From: Cyanophora paradoxa CCMP329 | Lineage: Eukaryota > Plantae > Glaucophyta | Direction: 5' to 3' | Assembly: GCA_004431415.1 (NCBI GenBank) | Contig: QPMI01000551.1 | Location: 62,001 to 126,000, forward strand | DNA length: 64,000 nucleotides | Shown here: one piece after another, positions 24,279-40,927 of the stretch | Numbering within the stretch: the stretch's first letter is position 1 | How the letters are laid out: every line of letters starts with the position of its first letter | Position numbers and translations under genes: made by a program | Notes under the pieces: model-generated | Told to the model about the DNA's origin: nothing | What the model saw: the letters and a program-made list of their open reading frames with translations, nothing else | Databases searched by the model: none

Positions 24279-27200
24279 ATGCCGAGCGGCAGCAATGCCG
24301 CTGGCATGGCACTGGCAGCAATGCCTGCCTTCTACGACCGCCCGGGCGGCTTCCAAGCGCACGTCCAGGGTCGCTTGCCCCAGATGGGGCAGCTGGCCCA
24401 GCAGCAGCCGAAGTTCCCAACGCACGTGCCCGGGCGACCACCGAGCGGCAACGCGCGCTTCCCTCCTATAGGGTTCCCGACCAACAGCAGGCCAGCGTCC
24501 GCGTCAGCAGGGCGCGGCGGCCTGCCGTCCGCGCCAGACCCCACAGAGCTGCTAGAGGTGCGCGGCCTGCCCCCCTGCGCGCTTCAGGCGCTGAGCTGCG
24601 CCCGCCGCGAAGTTCGCCCGCTATATCGGCCTGGACCCCATCCACGAGATGAAGGTGCGCGCTGCGTCCCCGCCGCGCCGGCGCGCCTGGCTGAGCGCCC
24701 GCAGTACGCGTGGGTGGCCGCCGAGGCGATGACTGCGGCCCTCCCCGGTGCGCCCCGCCCATCCGCGCCTCCCGCTCTGCTCCTCACCGCCGCGTGCAGA
24801 GCCCTGGGAGGAGTATTCTAGCGAGAAAGGCATATTCTACTACAACCCGTGCGCCCACCCGCGCCCCGCCCCGCCCCGCCTCGCCCCGCGCCGCGACGCG
24901 CCGCGACGCGCCAGCTGCCGCCGCCTCCGCCGCCGCATCTGCTTAGGCGCCCGCGCGCAGCCGCACGGACCAGTCGACGTACGAGCACCCGGCCGACGAG
25001 AAGTATCGTCGGATCCTGGACACGCTGCGCGACCTGGAGCGGGATCGCGCGGTGCGAATGCGCGAGCGGCGGGCGACCGGCATCCGCCCGCCCGCGCAGC
25101 GCGCCCAACCCGCCCCCGCCTGGCCGTGAGCACTCCCCTTCCTCCGCGCTCGCCCCGCGCCGCGCCGCCCGCCCACCTCCGCCTTCGCTCGCAGGCCCGT
25201 CACGCCCGAGGAGACTATGGCTATGGCTGAGTACATGGGCATCGATTTGAAGCGGGAGCCGATGCTGGCCTGGATCGCCCGCGAGGCCGCCGCCGCCTCC
25301 CTGCCCCCCGACTGGACCGAGTGCGCGGGGTCTGCGCGATCGTGTACCCCCCGAGGCTCACTTCTTCCCCCCCCCCCTTCCCGGGTACCAGGGTCGCGGA
25401 TCCGGACGGGTCCCCCATTTTCTACAACACGGAGACGGGGGAGGCCTCCCGGGAGCACCCCGAGGACCGGAAGTTCCGCGCAGCGGTCCGCCCACGTACC
25501 CCGTTCCCGCTCGTTCCCCCCTGTCCTGATGCGCCGTACCTCCAGCTGAGCGAGGAGCGGTCGCGGATCCTGGCGGGCTTGGCCAGCGAGGGGCCTTTTC
25601 CGGACGGTGCGATTCCCGTACCCCTCGCCGCCCTTCCCCCCGAATCCTACTTAAAAAAGCGCAGCGTGGGCGCGGCAGCGGGCGTCCCACGGCTGGTACG
25701 ACTTTGTTGACATGGAGGGCAACGCCTACATGGTGCCGGCCCCGCTTCTACGTACCCCCCGCACGCTCCCCCCTGACGCTCCCGCACCCCTCCCCCACAG
25801 TTCAACTTCATCACGAACCAGCGGTCGTACAACGCGGCGGGGCGCACCTCAGAGGTCGCCGCGATGAAGATCCAGGTGCCCTCGGCCTGCGCCATCCGAC
25901 AAAGCTGTTTTACTTCAAATCTATTAAGAGCCTATGGAAGAGCTCTAGTGCCGGCCTTCCATTCGAAAGAGCCGCAGAGCGAGCGCCGAGTCCGCTTACC
26001 GCTTGGCCCGCCCGCAGGCGGCGTACCGGGCGCGGCTCGCGCGGCTCGACCGCGACGACCTCCGCACCCTCCACCGCATGGCCGCCACCATCCAGGTGCG
26101 CGCGAGCGAACGAAGCCTGCGCCACGCGAACAAAGGCCGTGGCCGACGGCTCGCTCGCTTGGGCAGGCGGTTGTGCGGCGGCGGCTGGCGGCGCGGGGCG
26201 CCGCTCTGCTCGCTCGCCTCGACGCGTCCGCCGCCGTAGTCCAGGTCCGTTCTACGACCTTCTTCTCCTTCTTCTTCTCCGCCCACGACCTTCTTCTCCG
26301 CAGGCGGCCTACCGGCGGCGCCTCGCGCGGGCGCTGCGGGGCGCCCTGCGCGAGAACGCGGACATGGCCGCGCGCTACGCCGCCGAGCGGATGGGCGAGC
26401 TCACCAATGCCGCGACGGTCCTGCAGGCGCGTCAAACCTTCTTCTAAGGTCGAGCTCGCCGCCTCTGAGCTCCTTTGGCTTCGGCAGGCGGCGTACCGGG
26501 GGCGGCTGGCGCGGAGGGCGCGGGCGGCGATGCGGGAGGCCCGCCGGCGGCGCGAGGCCGAGGCGCGGGAGACGGCGGCCCGCCTCGCCGCGCAGCAGGT
26601 CCCCGCCCCGCCCCTCCCCTCCGCTCCGGCCGCCCGTCCGCCCTAGTCGCCCGCCCCCTTGCTCTCCCTTGAATCTCCCGTCCCGCCGGCTCCGCTCCGC
26701 CCCGCCCCTCCGCTCCGGCCGGCCGCCTGCCCGCCCGCCCGACGCGCCACGAGCGCCCTAGCCTCTCCTTCATCCTCCGCCCCGCCCGCTCGCTTGACGG
26801 GCGCCCTAGCTAGCTCTCCCCTTGCTCTCCTCTCTATCCTTTCGCTCCGCCCGCCCGCCCCCACGCCCCCCCCGCCCGCCCGCCCGCCCGCCCGCTCCCC
26901 CACGAGCGCCCTAGCCGCCCGCCCCCTTGCTCTCCCCTGGCCCTCGGCTGAGGGAGCCTGGCTGGGCGCAGGCGGCGGCGCACGCGGAGGCGGCGTCGCT
27001 GGCGGCGCAGACGGAGGCCGAGGCGGCCTCCCTCCGCGAGTGCGCCGGCGCTCTCGCTCGCTTCTGTCATAGGCTCAGCTCAACGTGCGTCCCGTCTCGT
27101 AGGGAGGAGGCCCGGCTGGCGGCGGAGGAGGCGCGCGTGCGGAGCCGGACGGTCCGCGGGGCGAGCAAGCGGCAGCGGCGGCGGGCGCGGCCGCCGCCTG

Positions 27201-30200
27201 CAAGCGCGGCGGAGGCGGCGCTGGTCGTCCAGTGCGCCTTCCGGCGGCTGCTGGCGCGCAGGATCTTCCTCTCCTACCGTCTCATCGCATCCAAGCGCCA
27301 GCGGGTGCGCGGCAGCGCCCCGCGCCCTCGGCTTTCAAGTCGGGTGATGGCATCCCCCGCAGATGGCGGCGGCGGCCTCGCGCCCCGGGTCGCAGGCCGG
27401 CGGCTCCCGCCCCGGCTCGCAGGGCGCCGGCGCCGCCGGCTCGCGGCCCTCCTCGCGCCCCGCCGGGCTCTACGTCGACCCGGGCACGCCCGAGTGGGGC
27501 GCCGCCCGCAAGATCCAGACCCTCTACCGAGCCGCCCTCTGCCGCCGCCTCCTCGCCCGCTACCAGTGCGCCGACGGCGTGGCGTCGCGCCCTCTCGCTT
27601 GCTTATGTTCTCACTTTCTACTTCTCCGCAGCGCGGTATTGGAGGCGGAGCGGCACCTCCCCGGGGGCGACATCTACAGCGCGACGGTCGTGCAGGCGGT
27701 GTTCAGGCGGTACCGCGAGCTGTCTCGGGCGGGGACGCCCCAGCGCCCGCGGAGCGCGGCGAGCACGGGCTCGGGCAGCCGCCGCCGCGAGAACGAGCGG
27801 CGGCGCGGCGAGCAGGCGGCGATACGGCGGGACCTGGCCCGCGCCGCGTCGAGCCTGGCGGAGCGGGCGGGAGCGGCCAAGCCCGGGACGGCCGCCGGCG
27901 GGGCGCGGCGGGGCGGGGGCACGCCCTCCACCACCAAGCGGGGGGGCACCCCCTCGGAGTCCGTCCGCCGCCTCGGGGCGCTGTCCGCTCAGGTCCGCGA
28001 AAAGTCCCCTCTTAACTTCTTTAAATGCATTAGTGGTTCTTATAAGCGTCTTTTGCAGATGTCGCCGGCGGAGGAGTTCGAGATGGCGATGGCAGAGGCG
28101 GCGGCGCTGCTGCGGAGGCGGGCGCAGGACGACGTGGGGCGGGCCGCGGAGGTCGAGGCGCGCCGGCGGCAGCTGGAGGAGGCGAAGCGCGAGCTGGAGC
28201 GGAGGCGGGCGGAGGCGGAGCGGCGGCGGCGGCGGGCGGAGGAGGGCCGCGCCCTCCTCGCTCTGCAGGAGGAGGCCCTGCGCGCCGGCGACGAGCGCCA
28301 GTTCCGGGCGGCGCTGGAGGCGATGCAGGCCGGTGCCGCGACGGTCATCCAGGTGCGAGCTCGAACGAATTTTCTCGGGATTTCCGGCCCGGCTGTGCCT
28401 GAGCGGGCGGCCGGGACTGCAGGCCGCCGCGAGGCGGAGGCTGGCGGACCGGCGGGCGGACGAGGCTGCGATCGCGGCGCTGGCGTCGGTGGGGCTGGCG
28501 TCCCTGTTCCCCGCCCTCGCGGCGGCGCGGGCCGCGGCGCGGGAGGCCGGCGCCCCGGGACCCTCGGCGCTGGCCGCGATGGCTCGGGCCGTCGCCGAGC
28601 AGCGCGGCGCCGCCCTCGTTCAGGTGCGAGGATCCCTTTCAAGAAGAATAAGGGGCGGGGTCGACCGACCTGACTGGCGGCCCGCAGACGGCGTACCGGG
28701 CGCACATCGCGCGGCGCATCCGGCGGCTGCTGGCGGAGGCGGCCGAGGCGGCGCGGCGGGAGGGCCAGACGCGCGGCGCGGCGACGGCGATCCAGGCGGC
28801 GTGGCGGCGGGCCCTCGTGCGGCGCTTCCATGGGCGGGCGGCCCGCTGGCACGAGCGCATCGTCCAGAACTCGGCCGCGCGCTGCATCCAGGCCGGTGCG
28901 CGCGCGCTCCCGGCAGCCGCGCCGCGCGCCCCGCGCGGCTCACGGCGCGTGGCAGCGGTGCGGCGGCGCGTGTACCGCGAGCTTCGGGCGGCGCGGCGGG
29001 CCGAGCTGGCGGCGGCGGTGGAGGCGCACCAGGCGGCCACTGCCATCCAGGCCCGCCCGCGCCCGCCCTAAGGAAGGCTCGCGGGCCTCGCCTCACACTC
29101 GGGCGGCGGCAGGCGTGCGTGCGGGCGCGGGCGGCGCGGCTCGAGGCACTCGCGTCCCTCCGGTACCGCGAGTACGAGGTGCGTCCTGGCGAGCAAAGCA
29201 GACAAAGCAGAGCAAAGCGATCTGGCTCCTAGCCAGCCAGCCAGCTAGCCCCGCGGCTATGGCCCTGCCTTAACCATCCAGCCCGCCTCGGCTTCGCTCC
29301 GCCTCAACTCGGCCGGCGCGCAGGTGGAGGCGCGGGCACGGCTGCTGTTCGGGGAGGAGGGCGAGGAGCTGCACCGGGCGCGCCTGGAGGCCGTCTGGGC
29401 CCCGCACGACGCCGACACCGGCCGCTTCGTCTACGACGCCCTCAACCAGCTCGCCGAGCAGGTGCGCGGGGCGGCGCGGAGGCGCGTCGGGCAATGGAAG
29501 AAGCTAGAGCGCCCAGCACGGCGGCGCCAAGCGGGCGCCAAGGGGGGGAGGAGATCGAGGGCGTCGTTCTGGGGGCGTCTCTGGCGGGGCCCTGCCCGCC
29601 CGCCGGGTCCCGGAGCGCGTCTAGAGCTAGAGAAGAAGCTAGAGGGCGTCGCTGTAAAGCGTCGTTCTAGGGCAAGCCTGACGGGGCTCGTTATTTCTTC
29701 CTCAGGGGCGGTGGAACGAGTGCGTGGACGTGCTGGAGGAGATCCTGCGGCAGCGCCTCCTCCAGTTCGGGGCCGCCCACGAGGAGGCCCACCGCGCCGC
29801 CGAGACCGTCGCCCTCGCCGCCAACTCGTGCGCCCGCTCCGCTCCGCTCCGCTCTGCCCGCTCCGCTTCGCTCCTGACCGCCGGCTGCCGGCTTGTCGGC
29901 CAGGTTCGCGCTGCGGTACCTGCGGCTGGGCAAGTACGGCGACGCCCTCGCCTTGCTCCGCAAGGTGCGGTGGGGACGGGAAAGAGAGCTTTTTAGCCTT
30001 ACACGAAGAAAACCACGCAAGCTCTGTCGAGATCCTTTCCGTTTCGTTCGTCGCTCACGGGCGCCGGGACGGCAGGCGGCGCTGCACACGGAGCGGGACC
30101 GGATGCTCTTCCCGCTGCGCGCCGAGCTGCGTGCCGTCACGATGGACAACCTCGCCGCGTACTACTACCACAGAGGTGCCCCCGGTCCCGCCGAGGCCGC

Positions 30201-32263
30201 CTCCGCAGGCAGAGAACCTAGCTATAATAACCCAACCTAGTCCAGTCTATCCTAGCTTAGTCTAAACTAGTCTGACGAGCAAACGAACGAGCAGAGAACC
30301 TAATGATATATAACCCAACCTAGTCCAGTCTATCCTAGCTTAGTCTAAACTAGTCTGACGAGCAAACGAACGAGCAGAGAACCTAATGATATATAACCCA
30401 ACCTAGTCCAGTTTATCCTAGCCTAGTCTAAACTAGTCTGACGAGCAAACGAACGAGCAGAGAACCTAATGATATATAACCCAACCTAGTCCAGTTTATC
30501 CTAGCTTAGTCTAAACTAGTCTGACGAGCAAACGAACGAGCAGAGCACCTAATGATATATAACCTAACCTAGTCCAGTTTATCCTAGCCTATAGTCTAAA
30601 CTAGTCTGACGAGCAAACGAACGAGCAGAGAACCTAATGATATATAACCCAACCTAGTCCAGTTTATCCTAGCCTAGTCTAAACTAGTCTGACGAGCAAA
30701 CGAACGAGCAGAGAACCTAATGATATATAACCTAACCTAGTCCAGTCCAGCCTAGCCTAGTCCAAACCAGTCTGACGAGTTTTGAACGCGGACGAGCAGA
30801 GAAGTACAGTGCGGCGCTGGAGTGCGCGGAGAAGGGCCTGAAGGTCGGCCGCCGCTGCGAGGGACGCCAGCTCTACTCCGTCTGCCTCGGCGAGACGCAC
30901 CTCTCCGCCGTCCTCGGCAAGCTCGCGTGCGCTCTCTCTTATCTGAGGTTTAAAAATTTTGTGAGCCTAGAAAGCTATACTTCGGGATGCGAGTTCTAGG
31001 CTTGTAGGCTGCGTGCGCACTGCTCTCTTGTCGAGTCGACGTTGTTGTGGGTCTAGGACGCTATACAATTGGGATGCTAGTTCTAGGCTCCTCGTCCTTA
31101 ATGCTACAGTAGGATGCAAGCCTAGAATGCTACATTGGATGTTCGTTCTAGCTTTTCGTCGGTTCAGTAGGGCGATTTGGCGGGGACTGCGTTGGGCGCT
31201 CTCCCGCTGCCGTCTCTGCCCCTCCCGCCCCTCTCTGACGCGGCGCGGCTCGGCAGGCGGCCCGAGGAGGCGGTGCAGCACGCCCGCGCGGCCCTCGACG
31301 CGTTCCTCGGCGAGACCGTCAACTGGCAGGTGCGACTCTGTCAAAGTCTCAAAGCTTTCTACAAGAAGTCTGCGATCCGATCGATCCCTGACGCGCCGTC
31401 TGCGCAGTTCATGTGCGACCTGTCGGAGTACGGCCCCGGGTGGCGGGCGCCGTGCCCGCCGGGGGCCGCCCCCTCCTGGGTCGTCGCCCTCGTCTACCAC
31501 AACATCGCCGTCCAGCAGGCGCGCCCCATTTTGAACACGTTTCCTGCCTCTTTCTCTTTATTTTCTACCTCTTTCTGTGCACCTACCTATTTGTCATACG
31601 GATTCCGTTATACGAACTGTATACGAACTGCCCCGCCGCCGGGATCCCGCCGCTGATTCATTCGTGCCTCCCCTTCTTCAGGTGCGGCTGATGCAGCTGC
31701 GGCCGGCGCTGGAGGTCGCCGCCAAGGCGCTGCACGTGGTCCACGGCACGATGGACCCCAGGCACCCCTGGCTCGCCCAGTTCCAGAAGGCATTCCTCTA
31801 CTGCCGCATGGTAAATCAATCATTAGTTCCTCTAAGCTCTTAACTGTTTGAATTGGCGCTGACCTGACCTCGCTTGCAGGCCCTCTTCCACTCCGTGCAC
31901 CCCAAGTCCCTCGTGGGCCGCTACGCCGGCGCCACTCGCGCCAAGTCCACCTCCACAATCCACGCCCACGGCCCCTCCTTCCCGGGAGCGCCCCGTCTCC
32001 TCCCGGGCCCCCTCGGCCCCCTCCGCGCCTCCAAGTCTGGACCTGCCGGCGGCGCCCCCGCGCCCCGCCCCTCCGCCCCCTCCCCGGACCTCTCCCAGAC
32101 CCTCCCCGGCCCCGCCTACCCCTCAAAAGCCCTCCTCCGGGAGTCGAACTCGATGCCCGCCCTGGGCCTCCGGCCCTCCGGAGCGCACCACACCTCCTCC
32201 GTCCCCACGCTGCCCCGCATCTACGAGAAGCCCGGCCGGCAGGCCCAGGCCTGGGCCGAGTAG
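24279..32263 (+). CDS. Protein with CEP164-type N-terminal WW modules, many IQ motifs/coiled coil and C-terminal TPR-like repeats (probably ciliary/basal-body)
   Basis: AEYMGIDLKREPMLAWIAREAAAASLPPDWTE|..IFYNTETGEASREHP and WVAAEAMTAALP|EPWEEY..FYYNP|..STYEHPADEKYR match the CEP164 N-terminal WW region. There are at least 10 IQ-like motifs (IQAAYR, IQTLYR, IQAAWRR, VQAVFRR). TPR-like helices include TMDNLAAYY, EEAVQHARAAL and LVYHNIAVQQ. Stop at 32261-32263. Confidence 0.8.
30211..30779 (+). repeat. Intronic minisatellite, ~83-bp unit x ~7
   Basis: Units start at 30211, 30293, 30376, 30459, 30542, 30627 and 30710. Consensus AGAGAACCTAATGATATATAACCCAACCTAGTCCAGTYTATCCTAGCYTAGTCTAAACTAGTCTGACGAGCAAACGAACGAGC. 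Confidence 0.95.
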
Positions 32264-32789
32264 CGAGCAGCCTCGTACTAGTGCGCCAGTGCCCTTATAA
32301 TTAGCCTCTGCTAGATACATGTAGATGTAGATCCTCTGTTCATATGATCCGAGCCTTTCACACGAGCATCCGATGATCTCGCCTTAGCTGGCGCGCGCCT
32401 GCACGCCCGCAGTACGAGCATAGCTCAGTACTTTGATTTATTCATGATCATTATAATCGTTCACGGAAGCGAAAAGGAATCAAGGTACTGACTTACTCAT
32501 CTGACTTACTCATGAGCATCAATCACCCCGGCCTCCCCCACAACGTTAACAGGCTTTAACCCGCCCCAAAGCACTCGCTTTAGAGAGTTGGGAGCGTTAG
32601 CAGAGTAGGTGCGTAGCGCCTTGAAGCTGTGCAGAATTAAGCGTATTTCCTCTCAATTTCCACCGTCATCGACGGACCGCCACCGGGGGGTAACTGTCAG
32701 CGGGCCCTGCAGCGACCGGGTGGGGGACGAGGGCCGCCGGGCCACGAGGCCGACTGTGCCAGACTCCATTGTATACTAGTACGTACATA

Positions 32790-33888
32790 TTGCAAGGGGG
32801 GAAGGGGGCCCCCTTGCTTCCCGTTCCCTCGCTTCAGCCATGATGCCGTTTTCGAGGTCCAGTTTGCAACACCGGAAAAAAATGACGGGTTATTCGCGTT
32901 CGGATTGGCTCGGTGGACCGGTCAGCTCTCGACTTTCGAGCGTCGAATTCGAGGGGAAAAAGTGGTTTTAATTTCGAGGGGAAAACTAACTTCTCTCTAA
33001 CTCCGGTACCGGTCTTCGAATTCCTTGCGCGGTTCTGCATGGAACCAGTTCTCCCTAGCTGTCTCCTCTAGATTTCGGCTTCCTCGCACTGCGCCGCGTA
33101 CGCCGCACGGTACCCGTGCCGCCTGGACTACTTTTCACTGCATCAAGCTTGCACCGCAGCACTGCGTACCGTGTGGTACCGAGCACGCGCCGCTGCCCGC
33201 AGCCGAGCACGCTGCGCGGCACTGCGGCACTCGTGCTTGAGCGTGGTACGCGTACTGGTTTTCGAATTCGAGGGGAAACCGCAAAAACCGCTTGCGCCGC
33301 CCGCTGCCTGCGCCGCTGATCGCAGCCGGGCACGTCAGGCCGTCCAGACCGTAGTCTGTTGCTGCGGTCAGCAAGCCGCCGACATCGAGCTTATACCGCA
33401 GAATCGCGCGCGCCACTGCCCGCAGGCGATCGCGAGCACGCCGGCCGGGCCGGGCGCTCGGCGCTCTTGTTAACGTTGCGATCGGCACCCGGACAGCAGA
33501 CTAGCTATAGTTCGTGTCCTGCGCACGACGTGGCGCTTGTCCGCTCATTCGGCACCCCGCGTGCGCCCTGTACATGTGTTGCACCGCGTGCACGTGCGTG
33601 CGCCCCCGCCGCCTGCCACCCGGCCTGGGCACTGTCTCCGGACGCGCCGCTGCACGCCGCTTTCCGGTCGTTACGGATCCAGCTTCTGTTAGCTTTCGTC
33701 GCTCCGAGCCTTGCCGGGCCAGAGGCCGCTCTGTGTCTATCTTTAATTTACTACTTCAACCTGCCGCGCGCGCTGGGCCGGGGTCGATCTACATCTGCCC
33801 CGTGCATGTTCGTGCCACTACTACTCTTTCATTAGATCCCGATTCCCCCCTTGCACCCCCGGCGCGCCAAACGCGGCCGGGCCCCTAG
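32790..33888 (+). mobile_element. Non-autonomous Helitron-superfamily (proto-Helentron/DINE-like) element, copy 1
   Basis: 5'-TT start. Perfect 13-bp asymmetric inverted repeat (TGCAAGGGGGGAA 32791-32803 / 33843-33855), a partial IR beside the 5' copy, a GC hairpin at 33858-33881 and a 3'-CTAG end. Inserted at A^T with no TSD. Near-identical to 39830-40927. Confidence 0.8.
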
Positions 33889-34799
33889 TAGCATATGCAT
33901 GTTTTCTTGCATGATCATGATTAAGCTATGCAGTGATCATGATCGAATGCGCATGAATGCGCATCAAGAGGGGCAAATCCATTTCATGAATGGAGTTTGA
34001 ATGATATCGATTGAGAAGGTTTCATGAAAAAAACATGATTCATAAAACATGATTCATGCCATGATGCACATGGTGCATTATTAAAATAGTATATGCCACT
34101 ATATATCATATTATCATATTATATAATTATCATATTAATTGCCAGCTGAGTTGGAAACTGTTCAAAAAATGATTGGAAACATGATTCCTTTTTTTCCGTA
34201 GCTTTATTACTATAATGACAGCCACGTGGCTTGGACTTGGGCTTGGGCCTGAGCCGCCTGACTCGGCGCGCGAGGGAGCGGATCCCTTCAGTCAAGTCAG
34301 CGCGGGCACTAGTACTGCGTAGTGTGCATGCGGAGCGCGATCAGCCGGGAAGCTTCAGTTCAGGGCCGGTCGAAGCAGCGAGGCAGAAGGCGTCAGCGCA
34401 TGCGCCGATTCTGAGACCCGTCGACGTCCAGCTTGCGGCAGCCCGGCCGCACACGGCCCGGCCCCGCGGCGCACAGCCGCAATTTAAGCCGCACGCGACC
34501 GTCGGACGACGACCCGCGGCCGCGTGCGTACGAGCACGGCCGAACCACGTACCGTAGTACGAGCACGGTTGCGCGCCCTCGCGCGCACACTATAGCTAGC
34601 TACAGTATACGTACGTCGTACTACAACACTTGGCCGCGGCGCACGCGCGCACTGCGCATGCGGTACAGCAGCTGGGCCCGGCCGGGAATTCGAAGCATAT
34701 AAAATTGAAGTTCAGAAGACTACGCGCCAGGCGCGTGCACGGCGGTCTGAACCTGCGTGCCTCGTATACACCGCCGACTAGACTGGATCATCTTCAGCC

Positions 34800-38687
<3,888 letters not shown>

Positions 38688-39829
38688 CGTCCACGTTTAG
38701 CACATGTACACCGCTATATATATAGCTAGGCCGCGATCATTGCCCTATCATTAATGTAATATTGTTCGACGACGAGGATCATGCCCATACTCGGTCCGCA
38801 GAGCTCGAGGAAATCGGTGCAGCTGTCTCGGAGGTCTGGCCATGGAGCTGGCATCGGCCAGATCAGCCCTGAAAGCGCCGCCGGCTCCAGGTCTCTTCCC
38901 GGCAGCAATATCTCGACGCACCGGTACGCTTACGGCATCGGCCGCCAAAAACTGTCAACGTTCGGAGAGGCGCCCGCGCTTAGCGCCGCGCACACAGGTC
39001 CGAAAGCGGGGCCTTGGCTACCTTCTTGCCGTCGGCCGCGGCCCGCAATGGGGTCTGGGGCGAGCCCGACGGCGAGGGCGTCCACGCGTCCTTGCTCGCG
39101 CCGCCGTTTCTGATCGGTCCCGATCCCAACCACGGAGATGGCGTCGGAAGCAGCAGCAGTGCTATCCAGGCCTTTGTTCGGGTGCAGTGAACTTTAAATG
39201 CCGTCTCTGCTGCTCGGCTTTAAAAAGAAATGATAAATTCTCACGGACTCGGGACTGGGGCGCAGCGGCACTCCGAGTACGGCGACTACGGACAAGGCCG
39301 AAGCGTCGAGCTGCACGTGCGCACGCGCGAGTACAATCCGATATCGATGCTCTACTCGATATAGTTGAATCTCTCATATTTTTCCACTCGTGAATCGCGC
39401 TGATACCTATATATGTAATATATAACAGGTCCCTGTCGTCGAGGGCGCCGGGGAGGGGACTGGCGTGGCAGAGTGCACCATCCGAGTGCCGGGCCGGGCA
39501 CCGAGCTGTAGATCTATAGCTAGAGTCAATTAGCACGACGGCATTCATATAATACGTGTAGATATCGACCTGGTATACTGTACATTTTCAAGCCCGTTAA
39601 CGTTCGAACTCGGATTCGAATTCGCGCAAACCAAAGCAAATACCTCGAGCTCTGCGGGTGCAGGAAGGAGCAGCCTTAAGCTGGTCACCAGGTTCGTGAA
39701 TGGGCCGGGGCTGAGGGGGTTGGGGAGGAGACGTGGCGCCGGCGCCCCCGGAAAGGATGCAGAGGGGTTGTGGATGGTGGTAAGGGGGAGGAAGGGGCGG
39801 GGGCACTTCGCGCGCTCGATTCCGGCATA

Positions 39830-40927
39830 TTGCAAGGGGGGAAGGGGGCCCCCTTGCTTCCCGTTCCCTCGCTTCAGCCATGATGCCGTTTTCGAGGTCC
39901 AGTTTGCAACACCGGAAAAAAATGACGGGTTATTCGCGTTCGGATTGGCTCGGTGGACCGGTCAGCTCTCGACTTTCGAGCGTCGAATTCGAGGGGAAAA
40001 GTGGTTTTAATTTCGAGGGGAAAACTAACTTCTCTCTAACTCCGGTACCGGTCTTCGAATTCCTTGCGCGGTTCTGCATGGAACCAGTTCTCCCTAGCTG
40101 TCTCCTCTAGATTTCGGCTTCCTCGCACTGCGCCGCGTACGCCGCACGGTACCCGTGCCGCCTGGACTACTTTTCACTGCATCAAGCTTGCACCGCAGCA
40201 CTGCGTACCGTGTGGTACCGAGCACGCGCCGCTGCCCGCAGCCGAGCACGCTGCGCGGCACTGCGGCACTCGTGCTTGAGCGTGGTACGCGTACTGGTTT
40301 TCGAATTCGAGGGGGAAACCGCAAAAACCGCTTGCGCCGCCCGCTGCCTGCGCCGCTGATCGCAGCCGGGCACGTCAGGCCGTCCAGACCGTAGTCTGTT
40401 GCTGCGGTCAGCAAGCCGCCGACATCGAGCTTATACCGCAGAATCGCGCGCGCCACTGCCCGCAGGCGATCGCGAGCACGCCGGCCGGGCCGGGCGCTCG
40501 GCGCTCTTGTTAACGTTGCGATCGGCACCCGGACAGCAGACTAGCTATAGTTCGTGTCCTGCGCACGACGTGGCGCTTGTCCGCTCATTCGGCACCCCGC
40601 GTGCGCCCTGTACATGTGTTGCACCGCGTGCACGTGCGTGCGCCCCGCCGCCTGCCACCCGGCCTGGGCACTGTCTCCGGACGCGCCGCTGCACGCCGCT
40701 TTCCGGTCGTTACGGATCCAGCTTCTGTTAGCTTTCGTCGCTCCGAGCCTTGCCGGGCCAGAGGCCGCTCTGTGTCTATCTTTAATTTACTACTTCAACC
40801 TGCCGCGCGCGCTGGGCCGGGGTCGATCTACATCTGCCCCGTGCATGTTCGTGCCACTACTACTCTTTCATTAGATCCCGATTCCCCCCTTGCACCCCCG
40901 GCGCGCCAAACGCGGCCGGGCCCCTAG
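39830..40927 (+). mobile_element. Non-autonomous Helitron-superfamily (proto-Helentron/DINE-like) element, copy 2
   Basis: Same orientation and termini as 32790-33888. The only differences seen are about three homopolymer-length changes. SubTIR at 40882-40894, CTAG at 40924-40927. Confidence 0.8.

Noticed and set aside
27232-29232. 666-aa Arg/Gly/Ala-rich ORF and similar long GC-rich ORFs across the window
   Set aside because: These are off-frame read-through of exons and introns in stop-poor DNA. The coherent IQ motifs are in other frames.
30211-30779. CRISPR-like array
   Set aside because: The units are contiguous with no unique spacers, the context is a eukaryotic intron, and there are no cas genes. 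It is a minisatellite.
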